Source: Eutreptiella sp. 'Long Island Sound 2002'
Lineage: Eukaryota; Protista; Euglenida
Assembly (NCBI GenBank): GCA_964036045.1
Contig: OZ038378.1
Coordinates: 187,922,001 to 187,986,000, forward strand
Direction: 5' to 3'
Length of the DNA stretch: 64,000 bases
Below are positions 1-11,288 of this stretch, in pieces (position 1 is the stretch's first letter; the number at the start of each line of letters is the position of its first letter). A program made the translations under genes and the position numbers. The notes under the pieces are model-generated. The model did not search any database, was not told the origin of the DNA, and saw only the letters and a program-made list of their open reading frames with translations.

Positions 1-150
1 ACAAATTGGTCACGTCAATGCAGAACAAGCCTGTGTAGCACCAATGGCCAAAATGAAGGTACGTGCTGCCTTCCTGAAAACTCTACCGTTAGACCTGCAG
101 GAGAAGGCTGAAATCTTAAAAATTTGGATCCAGCCGGTGGTGCAGCTAAC

Positions 151-835
151 GGGGGAACGTTAGCGCGCCGGGTGCACGCAGGGCATCTTTCGTGACCCGT
201 GCCCCACCGGTGAACTGTTGCCGTTGATATGTTGGGCAACATTATATGGATTTGCCCCTTGGCCCCCCGGACATCACTAGATGTTTTGATTTGGGATGGG
301 TATGGACCTTCTCGTACCCAAGGTGATTTCTTTGATTTCGAAGTTGGGGGCCATGATGGTGCTTACAAAGGACGGATTCATGTCATTGTGCCATTCATTG
401 AAAGAAAGAATGGCACTTTGACAGCCCGCCAACAATGTTACAATGACGTGCACGGGTGGTATAGGGCACGCATGGAGCAGCCGTTTGCTCGGTTGTGGCA
501 CGATGATGAGGCAGAGGCAGAGGCAGAAGTGTGTGATCCCGACTTCAGCCCCAGATTTACCCTCTCATGGAGAAGCCCCCCAAGTAGACCACGTTGCACT
601 GCACATCCTCCCTACAAAGCAAGTTGCATAATAAAGCAATATCTGTGAATTCAGTAAAGCCAAATGTCATGTGTATTGTACTTAACAACATTGATCCCAC
701 AAGTGTGGGTGTCAATACATTACATTCAGTACAATAGTGCTCCTTACTTTCATCACAAACGGCGACAGTGGAGCGCTTCTAGCAAAGTTAATAGAAAAGT
801 AGCGCGCCGGGCACGCGCCGGGCAAACATTCCCCC
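151..835. mobile_element. Non-autonomous DNA transposon, subfamily 1, copy E1
   Basis: Ends GGGGGAACGTT...AACATTCCCCC; perfect 3-bp TSD AAC (148-150/836-838); removal restores the LINE reading frame. Confidence 0.85.
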
Positions 836-1469
836 AACAGCCAAGATCTGGGAGCCCTCGCAAAAAGTGCTCTCAGCTCTGAATGTCATTTTCAAGATGG
901 CCCTAGACCTCTCATCATGGGACCTTAGCCCGGCCATGGTCGCGGAGCCGGTGGATCATGGTGGGGTAGCAACATTCCCGTTCGCAGTGTGGGTGAAATA
1001 CCAATTTGGCCCACTTTTTCAAATGGTGCTCAAGGAGAAATTACAGTTCACGGGGGTCTGGGTAGAGCAATTTCAGTCTTGGGTGCAGAACATTGGTTTA
1101 TCGTTGAATCCGAACTTCTTTCCATACTTGCAGCTGGTGGTGCGTCCTCGAGCATGGAGCAGGCGACACACATCCTGTGAGATGTTTTCACGGTTGCGGG
1201 AAAAAGCGCTTGCGCCACCGTTGGTGGGTCAACCAGACAATATGCCACTTTTGCACAATGTTCTTTTTCGCAATTCAAAATTCAATGAACCACACGTATT
1301 TTTCACCCAAATTGGTGCGTACAGGAATATTTAAGTTGGTTGATGTGACGGAGGGGGGGGGGGGGGGCTGAAGGACATAGTCTCCCTACCTCCCACGCGG
1401 CTGCCAGTGTAGCAGACAACAGTCCCCTTTGTCATGTCACTACCCATCCAGGATCTCCCAAGGGCCTAG

Positions 1470-2213
1470 GGGGGCGCCTTAAGCGCAGTGTGCGCGCAGT
1501 GCGGGCGCAGTGCAACTATTTGGGCGTCTAGCCGTACTGGAGACCCATACTTTGTGATATTGGGGGGCATCATTGTTGCCCCTAGCGTAGGTTTTGATGC
1601 TTCTTCCGCATTGGGGATATGGCATTTTTGGATTTTCACCCACTTTCACCCATTTCCGCCCCTTTTCACACTTTTTTGCTCATCCCCACCATGGACTCCC
1701 ACACTTTGGTGTGGGCCCTTGAGTTCGGGTGACGGACTCCCCGGTTTTTGCCTGACCACAGCCGAATGCCCAATCTGAGGCCGCATCACTGCGGATAAGG
1801 ATGCGTGGTTGTACCACAAGTGGAAGCCGGAGTTTGACGTGGATTCCCTCCTATAACCCACTTTGCCCCCCGGTCCAGTTGAGGATGAGGTGGACACATA
1901 TGAGGCCTTGGCACTAGCTGGTAGGGTGAGTGAGCTTTCAAATGCCGCCACTCCGAAGCATTCTGATTTTGTATTTAGTTGACAATTGAACAGAAAAGAG
2001 GATATGTGTGTGTGTATGTGTGTCTTTCTGCATTTTGCATGATGTCTTACGTGAGGGGAAGGTAGCTTGCGTTTGTCTTTAGCTAGGGCAGTTTGGGTGA
2101 CCTAAATTTGGGGGCATTTGGAAGGGGTGTGCCCTGGGGTTCTTTAGGAAGGACCTACTCTAAAAGTAGCGCGCAGTGCGCGCGACGTGCGCGCGCAGTG
2201 CAAGGATTCCCCC
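1470..2213. mobile_element. Non-autonomous DNA transposon, subfamily 2, copy E2
   Basis: Ends GGGGGCGCCTT...AAGGATTCCCCC; TSD TAG/TTG (1 mismatch); removal restores the LINE frame; both ends are shared with 27540-28246. Confidence 0.8.
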
Positions 2214-2879
2214 TTGGTAAAGCTCGGTAACAAAATGTTGACAACCATGCAACCATTGGATGCGCCGCAAAAACGACAAGAACCTCAAGTGTGGGAGCAA
2301 CTTGAGAAGCGTAAAATGCCGGGACAACAAAAAGACTTTGTGCGCAAAGCGCCGTGGAAAAAACTGACGGTGGGTGCCACAATCAAGAAAGCATACCATC
2401 AACCCACCTGCGTCATGTGCTCGGTCTCTAAAACTTTCAATCATGTGTTGAGCCGCTGCAAATTTTGGCCTATGGCATGTGATATTGTCACCAAGGCTTT
2501 TGGCCCAATGTGGGGCCCAACAGGGGTGGTGTGCCCCATGAAAAGGTTGCTAATTGATGAACCACTCCTCTCGTTACAAACCACACAGGGACTGGCACTG
2601 TGGGCTGCGGCACGAGCTGGTCGGGTACTCAAATGTGAGGCGAAATTTCGGGATGTCAGTTTGTTGGTGAGTGATTTTCTTACCATCTGGATGCATTTTG
2701 TCTAGTCTTGGACCTTGGCAGCACAAACCTCTTTTGTCAGACTAGAGGCAATGCACCTATGTGATTGTCTCAGTGCGTTCTTACAGGGGTGGTGATAAGG
2801 TCTGAAACGGTTCAAATGCCCAAAAAAAAGTGGGCCTTCATTCTGCCCGAAAAGATGGCCTCTATCGAAGAGATGGTCC

Positions 2880-3300
2880 AAAAGCGGTGGGATGTTGCAT
2901 TTGTCGACGGGTCCATGAATGAAGAGGGGGGGGGGGGGGGTTGAACTTCGCGGGCTATAATGTATGGTTTGGACCCGGGGATATACGCAACGAGCAAGGA
3001 TGAAAAGCAATCGATCACCAAGGCAGGGTTGACAGCTGCCTTGCGAGCCACCAAGAATAAATGCCCGGGGAAACCTCTATTGGTAGTGTCGGATTCGGAA
3101 CTGGTGTGTGTAGGGTTGCAACCCAAATGTGCAAAATGGGATAGACACAAGTGGGTGGGGTCAAGGAAGCCCTTGGCGCATAAAGGCTTATGGACAGAAT
3201 TGTGGGAACAATGGCAACTACTAGGGAACCGTGTCCAATTCCTTTGGGTCCCCTCGCATGTAGGGGTGGTGGGGAACTAAGAGGCGGACACACGAGCGTC
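2880..3300 (+). pseudogene. RNase HI domain of the LINE (frameshifted)
   Basis: FVDGS at 2900-2914, then QSITKAGLTAALRA, VVSDSELV, KWDRHKW...LWTELW and FLWVPSHVGVVGN*EAD. This is the type-1 RNase H motif order; the frameshift lies near the G-run at 2924-2940. Confidence 0.85.
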
Positions 3301-3962
3301 CAAAGGGGCAAGATAGGCCTTGCACAATGTACCACACTCAAAGCAAGTCGCAGACATCTAGAAAGAACTGGGTTTGGTGAACATGCTAGACACATGGGAC
3401 ACATACTCCAATCGGTTGGAGGGATCGTGTGTCACGAGTGACTCGGATGATGAATTTCGTGATGCCTGGCCCAAACAACCCCGTGTATGCTAATCGAGGC
3501 TAGTGGGGGGCAAAGTGGAGGTAACCGAAGTTGGCCCAAGAAACATTCGATAGCCAGATGGCGAACTGAAGGCAACGCTCGGTACCGATTTTGAACAATA
3601 TGGGCAATGACCTATGGCCTATAGCGCGGAGATCATATGGTAGCCAAGTATCCGTGCTTCATTCCCCCGTGCGGACATTGGCTCAAACAATGGATAGTAG
3701 GCGGTAAACGCCGTGGGGAGCAGGCGCAGCCGGAGCCTGATGCAGACTTTGCAACCTGACCAATTGCAGCCCTGAGGGCGGGAACCGTCACTTGGTGACG
3801 ATTCCCGGGGGGGCGGGGGTCGCTGCGGGGGGGGCTGGACAAGGGGGGGTGAGGGTACATAGCACAAGTTGCCCCAACCTTGTTGCCATGCTGTGTTTGG
3901 CCGCAGGGCCCTTTCAAGAACCAGGCATCCCACATGGGTGAACCATTCACCTTGAACAATTT

Positions 3963-4299
3963 AGGGGAGCTTTAGCGCGCCGGGCGCGTGCCGGGCATCT
4001 TTTTTTGACCATTCCCCACTTGTGCCAGTTTTTGCCCCCACCTCACCAAACAATTTGGAGTACCTTCTTGCCGTGTCTACGAATTTGGCCCATCCTTTGC
4101 ACCCGGTTTATGACAATGGCAAGGGTGGTGGTTGGAAGTGGTGTCGGTGACATTTTGTGTTGTTGAATTCTCATATTTCTTTGCGGTCGAGTGCGGTCTG
4201 CTTGGGGGACTTCCCAAGGTGAGGATAAACCTGGGGCTAGAGATAAGATACTTAATACAAAGGTAGCGTGCCGGGCGCGCGCCGGGCAAACATTCCCCT
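3963..4299. mobile_element. Non-autonomous DNA transposon, subfamily 1, short copy E3
   Basis: Ends AGGGGAGCTTTAGCGCGCCGGG...GCCGGGCAAACATTCCCCT; flanks TTT/TTG; same subterminal motifs as E1 and E5. Confidence 0.7.
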
Positions 4300-4538
4300 T
4301 TGACCAATGCTTACATGAGCAGTTCGCACTGATAGGGCAAACCCGATTTTAATGCGCAAGGGTCCTCTGTGTATATATCATTCGCGATACGCTTGGTTGG
4401 CAGGGTGCACCATCGAGATGGGAGGTAGTGCACCTAGCACTGGGCACACATTGCGGCATTTAAACAATCACAACGGTGGTTGTTCCGGGGGCCACGGCGT
4501 CTCGTCTCGTGCTAATGCCTGCCTCCTTGAGCTCCAAG

Positions 4539-4639
4539 GGTGCAGCTGCCCGCAAGGGGCTACGTGCACTTGATTCTTTCATTTTTTTGTTGCTTCTTGG
4601 GTGGTGCAGCTGCCCGCAAGGGGCTACGTGCACTTGATT
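4539..4639. repeat. 37-bp direct duplication
   Basis: GGTGCAGCTGCCCGCAAGGGGCTACGTGCACTTGATT at 4539-4575 and 4603-4639. Confidence 0.9.
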
Positions 4640-5380
4640 TTTCTGTTGTTCTTGGGTGTTTGCAATGTATATATTCTGCCTTTGCTACATTGCCTGTCCT
4701 TTTCGGCTTGTGTAGCTCAAAAACCGCCCTTAGTATGCGGCCTTAGCCGGTATACCATAGGCGTCTAGATTAGTATGCAGCCGTGTCTGCACAATTTGCC
4801 CCGTGCGTCCGTCCGTTTTTGCTTCACCTGGGTGTAGCGGTTAGTATTGCGTTGCAAGTGTTAGCACTGCGGGGTGTGTTGTGTGGCACAAAAGCTGGTG
4901 TTATGTCTGTGTTCTGGGCGGGGGGCACTTCTCATTGAGGGCAATCTGTGCACCTTGTGCCCCCTCTTCGGTTGGGGGGGTGTTCTGTCCTTGTTTTTCT
5001 TTTTTTGCATTTGTTGTTGCTTTTTGTGTGTTGCTTCACCGGCGCTATGCTTTGTCCGATGACCTGCACAGCAGTTGCCGGGCGGTAATGTGCCTGAACA
5101 CCGTCCCCGGTGTACGGCCTATGCGGGTATACCACAGGTGACAGGACTAGTATGCGGTATACAGAACATCCCCGTGTGCGCGTCCGCATATGCTATGGTA
5201 AGGCTAGCAGTTGGTACAGCATGGAAGGTCCGGGTCTTGGGTGCTACGTGTGAGCGCACGGGTTACTTACTTCACGGCGGTGAGCGAAGGGGGGGGTTGG
5301 CATGACTCGTGAGGTGCATGCCCTGAGCCTTGTAGGCTTTGCCTTTATGCCCGCTGAGCTGGTGTGGGTGTTGAGAAAAT

Positions 5381-5504
5381 CTGTAGTTTGCGTTGAAACT
5401 GAAGTTTAATGTGTTCCCTGGAACTGCCCATGTCTGTGCATTTATGCAGCATGCATATGATTTCTGTTTTCGCTTAGTTGATTTTCATAATTGATATGGA
5501 GGGT
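5381..5504 (+). repeat. Split direct repeat A1 (124 bp)
   Basis: Near-identical to 10119-10242 (CTGTAGTTTGCGTTGAAACT...GATATGGAGGGT). Confidence 0.9.
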
Positions 5505-5531
5505 GCGCCGCATGTAGGCAAGAAGTAGGCA

Positions 5532-6700
5532 TTGGACTTGGCTAACTCGGAGTGGAACAGGATCAATCAGAGTCACGGTTGGGTGGCTGGGATCCAGCAT
5601 GCGGTCCAACAGGTGGTGCCTGCGGTGCATGACGTCCTGGAACCTATTGGCAGCGTACTAGCTCTACACAGGGACACTACCGAAGGTGCCGGACCTAGTG
5701 TTCATGCTTGGTGAGCCGGAGAGGGACAAGCCCGAGATCTGGATCAAGCGGCCGCACCAGTATAGGGTGGCCTACATGAAACCGCTGTCAAGCAAGTGCC
5801 AGAAGGTGGAGAACCTAGACGCAGGAGGAAGCAGTCCATGAGCCCAGGGCGGGACACATGCGGGGACCGCAGAGATCGTGAACTCCGGTAGTACGACGCC
5901 GGAGAAGCAAGTCATTGGAGCTGGCGGAAATGAAGGAGCCGGGGCGACCCCACCCTAGGACCTGGCAGGTGGGACGGATGTGCCGATGGAAGAGGATGAA
6001 ACAATGGCCAGTATGGAGTTGCTTTCCTTGCAGGAGGAATCCGCGGGAATGAACAGGGACAATGTGCGCCGAGTCCGGAAACGAAAAGGGGCCCCGAAGT
6101 GGGTACGCAAGCTGTCAAAAATGGTGGAGACCATGGCAAAAAAGAGCGTAGAAGAGGTGCCCATGGGTGTGATCGCGTAGGAGATCTGGAATGTCATCAT
6201 TGGGCTAGACAAGGACGGCAGGCGCCTCCTCAAGGATGACGCCAAGAAGAGGAAGCAACGAGAGAGGGAAAAGAAGAAAAAGGCAAAGGTCAAGGCAAAA
6301 AAGCGAGCCAAGAAGGAGCAGAAGCGCCGGAAGCCGGAGAGTCGAAAAAAGGCCAAGCGGGCGGACACGGACTCGTCGGATGAATATAGCTCGTTCAGCG
6401 CCTCCTCAGACACCACAAGTTCAGACTCGTCGAGCGATTCCTCCCCCGACACCGATAGTTCATCCAACAGGGACCGGAAAAGCAAGTCACCAGATGGTGG
6501 AAGCCGAGATGGGACGCCGAAACCCAGGAGAGGACGCCCGGAGGATTTTGAGTTCCGATGGATCAATGGGCGCAAGCACTTTCGCACCAATAAAGGTACC
6601 TGGCAGGACTGCACCAACCCGCCCTTTCGACCGTGCAAATTCCGTGGCAACCGCCACTAGGCGTTCCAAAGTGTCAAGTTCAGATGCCGCCGAGGCGGCC
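5532..6700 (+). pseudogene. ORF1 (gag-like) of the YR retrotransposon
   Basis: Interrupted frames with a Lys-rich stretch (KKRKQREREKKKKAKVKAKKRAKKE), a Ser/Asp-rich stretch and a terminal Cys/His cluster (QDCTNPPFRPCKFRGNRH); in-frame stops. Confidence 0.5.
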
Positions 6701-6712
6701 TAGCGGACCCCC

Positions 6713-7857
6713 ATGTCCCGGGGGGGGAGGGGGGTCGCTGGCCGACAGTGGGAAAGGAGAGATCGTGACAAGCAGGCAGTGCGAGTCAGAAACGCGCTGG
6801 GAGCCTTTCTGGAGGAAGCAGAGCGGGAGATTGGCAGCTCATACGAGGCTATTGTATGGCGTAAACTGGAGGATGGCACCAGAAAGGCGTATGCGGGGGC
6901 ACTGCATAAGTATTTGCAATAGAGCAGGGTCAATGGATTCATGGCGCCACGTGAGGCGCTCAAGGGACGCATGTTACAGGTGCCCAGGGACGGCTAGTAG
7001 GAATCGCGGATCAAGGCCTTACTATCCGGACTGCGACCGGCGGAGAAAATGGCCATCATACCGGCGATCCTGGTACCAATGGACTGGATGTTCGCCGAGT
7101 CACTGGAGAGACTCCGGATATCAAGAAACCCGAGAAACATCCGATGGGCTGAGGGAGACATCATCTGCAGGAAGGACAGGTGGGAGTGGAAGCAACTGGA
7201 GTGCTTGGGCTTGGTTGTCTTATCGCTCACGAACGTGCTGCGCATCGGGGAAGCCTGGACAATTTCATCCCTTGGACCCTTGGAGATGGCAAATTGTGCT
7301 TCCTGGGAGAGAAGTCGCGGAGTGGTGAACATGACCAAGACCTCGGGCCATGGCCGTCGCGGTGGATGCGGTTCATTAAGGAAGAACGTGAAAAACGTGG
7401 GGTGGCGGAAGACCGCCCACATTGCTACCGGTCACCCGCGGATTTGGAAGAAGCGTGGGTCGCACTCGTGGCAGGATCGGAGCTCGAACACTATAGGTGG
7501 CACTGTCTGCGGAGAGGAGGGGCAACACAGTTGTGGGCGTCGGGTGGGCGCAATCAAATTGTCATGCTCGCAGGTGGGTGGGAATCACCGTCAGTGGCGC
7601 GGCATTACACAAAACCGAAGCATGCATGGAAGTTCGTGGAGAGGGGAGAGCAGCAGGTGCCTGTATGTGGAGAAAATGGGTATCGCCTCGTGTATGGGGA
7701 CTGGTCCTCCAAGCAGTGGTGGCCAGCATGGTTGCGAAAAGAGCTCAGAGAACTGGCGGCGGAGGCACGGACAGATGGCGATGTTGTGGGACCGGCTGGA
7801 CGGGCCACCCGCAAAAGGAGAAGGACCCGATTAGAAGGGCCGCTGGGGGCAGAGTAG
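6713..7857 (+). pseudogene. Tyrosine recombinase (frameshifted)
   Basis: LTNVLRIGEA (catalytic R, 7049 frame), then GEKS, HCLRRGGAT, GGW and ARHY (7180 frame): the full R-K-HxxR-W-Y set across a frameshift. Confidence 0.9.
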
Positions 7858-7882
7858 ACGTCAATGGGCGCATAATTGCCGC

Positions 7883-9619
7883 ATGGGGAAGATCGCGGTA
7901 TTGGGAGAGGAGATGGACATGGACTTGGTGCGGGTGCATGACAGGGTGTGCGACCAGGTGCATGAGAAGGAGAGAGCCAGTATGTTAGAAGCAGTGAGCC
8001 AACTAATATTGGGAATTTGCGATGTAGCAGGTGCAGGAGCCGCAGGGGCCATCCCAATGGTTGTGGGCTGCCTATCCGAGTTGGTCGAAAAGGGCGTTGA
8101 CCCGGAGGATGAGGAAAGCTACTACAGTGACGAGGAGGACCATGGGGAGGTGGAACCGGCGGTGGCAGCAAGAGGGCTGGGACAAGTTGGAAACGTCCCA
8201 ATAGCGGAGGCGTTGTGGTCGCGCTGTGTTCCGGAGGATCTGAGGAGTTGGTACCAGAAATGGAGACAGAAGACACGCGGTGTGGGATCATCGGATGGAG
8301 TGGGGGTACGCGAGATGCTGGATGCCTTGGTTGGGGATGGAGCGCTGGGCAAACACACGAACGTATAGGAGGCCAGCAGTAAGGCCCAGATCCGACCTAA
8401 GCGTAGTGAGAAGTGTGCATTCATCTTGAATTGCGTCCAACAAAACGCCTCTGATGGCCGCAAGCCGAGGGGCTTTCAGCTGCCCCAGATTGAGCACCTT
8501 CGTGACTCCATTTTGTTGGGGGGGGAGGCAGAAGCTATATATGGCAAAATTGGACCTTTCCAACTGTTTTTGGAGTCTTTGCTGCCATGGTCGTCGGTTG
8601 GGGAGTTCGGTGTGTGCGTGGGCGATGCCCATTATGTATGGCAATCCCTGCCATTCGGCTGGAAATACTCGCCCCTCCTATGTCTAAAGTTGGTGTACAG
8701 TGTGGTCCGGACATCGGTTTGGTGGTTGCCTGTGTCGTTTTTTGTCTACTTGGACGACATTCTGATTGTAGGAACCAAGCGCTTTGTGCGCAAAGTGGTA
8801 CGCCGTGCCCGGCATAGGTTGCAGCGCGTAGGTTTTGTGATTAGCCCGAAATCTGTCATCGAGCCCTCACGAAACGTGGACTTTGTAGGAAAGGTTTTTG
8901 ACCTTAGGAGTGGCACGTTGGAGAACTGCCCAGGGATGCCGAGAGGCCTGGTGCGGCTGTGGTTGCTGTTGGTGTCGGGTCTGCTGAATAGGAAAGGAAT
9001 GGAGAGGCTGCTGGGACGACTGGAGTGGGCCTTAAGGCTGTCGGCGCGACCGAGTCCCTTTGTGGCAGGTGCATACTTTTGGAAGCATGCCGGGGGCAGT
9101 AGGGTCCCGCGTGCTCTGCTGCGTCCACTGCTAACCGCCATTTGTTTTGCTTTTGTCCCATAGAGGTATACGGTGAAAGCCAAGGTGCAGGCGGAGCCCC
9201 CGACTTGCTGGGGCGCCTATGTTTTATTTGCAGACGCTGCCCCTGTGGGGCCACACAATTTCTTTGTTGGTTTGTGCGTGCCGTCAGGGGGTGTTTCAGT
9301 GCCCCTGCTGGGTGACTACCTTGCCAGCAGCGGAGTTATGGGGCTGGCTGCAGGGAGTTCGTCTGGCGACTTATATGAAGTGGCCCCGGCATGTGTAGGT
9401 AGTGACAGTACAGTGGCGCGATGCCAAGTCCACGGGCAAAGAAGTGCTACTTTTTGTGCTGGCCAGCAGCGGATCCCAGGGGCCCTATTCTGGCTTCGTC
9501 GTTGGTCTGGGATACCCATTGCGGGCTTTTATGTACCTTCTGGTCGTAACCCAGCGGATCCGCCTAGCAGGGTACACGAATTTGACTCGATGATTTCTTG
9601 TTTGGGGTCAGCCCGTTAG
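7883..9619 (+). pseudogene. Reverse transcriptase + hepadnavirus-like RNase H (pol), with stops and frameshifts
   Basis: KLDLSNCFWSL (alternate frame, 8454 ORF), LPFGWKYSP, YLDDILI, VDFVGK; then LFADAA, VGSDST and YVPSGRNPADPPSR. In-frame TAG at 8366-8368 and 9161-9163. Confidence 0.9.
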
Positions 9620-10118
9620 AGGTACTGGCAATGGCACTCGTTCCCCTTTCCGTACCAAGCATTCTTTGCATTGGCCCCTTTCCCGTAGGTCAGTGCGCCA
9701 CGTGACAGCCCTGATTGCCCCTCTGGCCTTCGTGGCCGTTGACGGGGCATGACGGGTACAACAGGGGAGGACGCCTCCGCTTCCCCCGCCTGGGGGGGAG
9801 GGGTGCCAGAGCCTATTCGACTTGTTTCCTTGGTTTTCTGCCAAGGGGGGGGGGTAATGATCTAGCGCTTTGACTTGACACGTGTGCCAGTCATGCTTGC
9901 CCCTGTCCGCTTATAAGTAGTGCAAGCGCCAGGAGATTACCTGGCCCTGTTTTCGACTGGGTGCACGCGCAGCACGTCAGTTTTGACTCGACGACATGTT
10001 CGGTCTCTATTTTCTGTTGTTGGGCCATGAGGAAAATCCTTTCCTCTCGCAACAGGGCCCCGAGTGGACCGGCAACGGTCTTGTCTTGCATGCATTCCAC
10101 GGAGGAAGGGAGTGTAAG

Positions 10119-10242
10119 CTGTAGTTTGCGTTGAAACTAAAGTTTAATGCGTTCCCTGGAACTGCTGATGTCTGTGCATTTATGCAGCACACATATGATT
10201 TCTGTTTTCGCTTAGTCGATTTTCATAATTGATATGGAGGGT
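10119..10242 (+). repeat. Split direct repeat A2 (124 bp)
   Basis: Near-identical to 5381-5504; flanked by the 21-bp repeat GGGCCCCGAGTGGACCGGCAA at 10055-10075 and 10328-10348. Confidence 0.9.
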
Positions 10243-10540
10243 CCTACCCACCCTCCCCTCGGACAGTGTCTATCCTTTGAGATGAGGGACTTTGAACTCG
10301 ACCAGCGGCGCTACGAAAAGTGCCGTGGGGCCCCGAGTGGACCGGCAAATATATACCATTGCATGTTCCCACAATTCTCTTGGTGCTTGTGCTGCCGGCA
10401 TGACAAACTACTATCTTGCTCACGTGCTGAATAGTTGTTTCTCGTTGAGGTCTTTTGGCCCTTGCAGCCTTTGTGTTCCTTGGGCTTACCTTTATGAGTG
10501 CACGCCCATCTCAACCTGCCCAGTTTCTGTTGTTCATTGC

Positions 10541-11288
10541 CTTTGGTGCTGAGTGCCGGAGAGGATGGACAGGTGGCTTTGTTGGGTATTGATTGTTTGT
10601 ACTCCGGTGGCTATTCCCGTCATTCTCTTGGTGCTTGTATTGCGGGCATGGCAAACAATGCCGGCACATCAGCTGTTCATCAGACACGGGGGTATATGCG
10701 AGCTCTGTATCCATTGCTTCATGGCCCCTCGGCTTGAGGGTGGCGGGCTCGCTGGGGTGTGCAGGGGCGCTGGGGACCATAGTAAGGATTGGGGCCCGGC
10801 CCATGCCACATGAAGGGTGTCTCTACGCCCACCCTAGCTTGGGGAGGCACTGTGGGGGGCACATGGGGGTGGGGGGTGGGGAGCTTTGGACTCCGTGCAG
10901 GTGGCCTAGCGTCACAATGGGAGTGTCGGCGGTTCCTGGCGTGTGTCCCGCCACGAGAATGGCGGTGGTGGCACTACAGCTAGCTGGCCCCGTGCTCCGG
11001 CACTTCTAGTGACCGGGTTCCTTCGCAAAGGGGTTGGAACAATGCGCGACGCATGGTGCGCACAATTCGACTGCATTTTTTTTTTCATGGTTGGTCACAG
11101 CAGCTTTCTCAGCAGGGTCAGCAGAGCTCGCATATACCCCTGTGTCTGATGAACAGCTGATGTGCCGGCATTGTTTGCCATGCTCGCAATACAAGCACCA
11201 AGAGAATGACGGGAACAGCCACTGGAGTACAAACAATCAATACCCAACAAAGCCACTTGTCCATCCTCTCCGACACTCAGCACCAAAA
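10541..11288. repeat. Long inverted repeat (foldback/MITE-like), about 167-bp arms
   Basis: 10541-10707 is the near-exact reverse complement of 11122-11288. Confidence 0.85.

Larger units (their letters stand above)
1..3500 (+). mobile_element. Degenerate non-LTR retrotransposon (L1/Tx1-like), 3' part of ORF2: post-RT region, CCHC zinc finger and RNase HI; interrupted by two DNA transposon insertions
   Basis: Removing 151-835 and 1470-2213 (plus one TSD copy each) gives continuous frames ...KIWIQPVVQLT|AKIWEPSQKVLSALNVIFK... and ...QDLPRA|LVKLGNK.... Zinc-finger motif WKKLTVG...CVMC...TFNHVLSRC (2187-2705 ORF). RNase H motifs downstream. Stops and frameshifts present; the 3' boundary is approximate. 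Confidence 0.8.
5381..10348 (+). mobile_element. Tyrosine-recombinase retrotransposon (VIPER/TATE-like), degenerate, with split direct repeats
   Basis: Order is ORF1 - YR - RT - RNase H (YR before RT, as in VIPER/TATE). Repeat layout A1(5381-5504)...B1(10055-10075)-A2(10119-10242)-B2(10328-10348). Confidence 0.85.
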
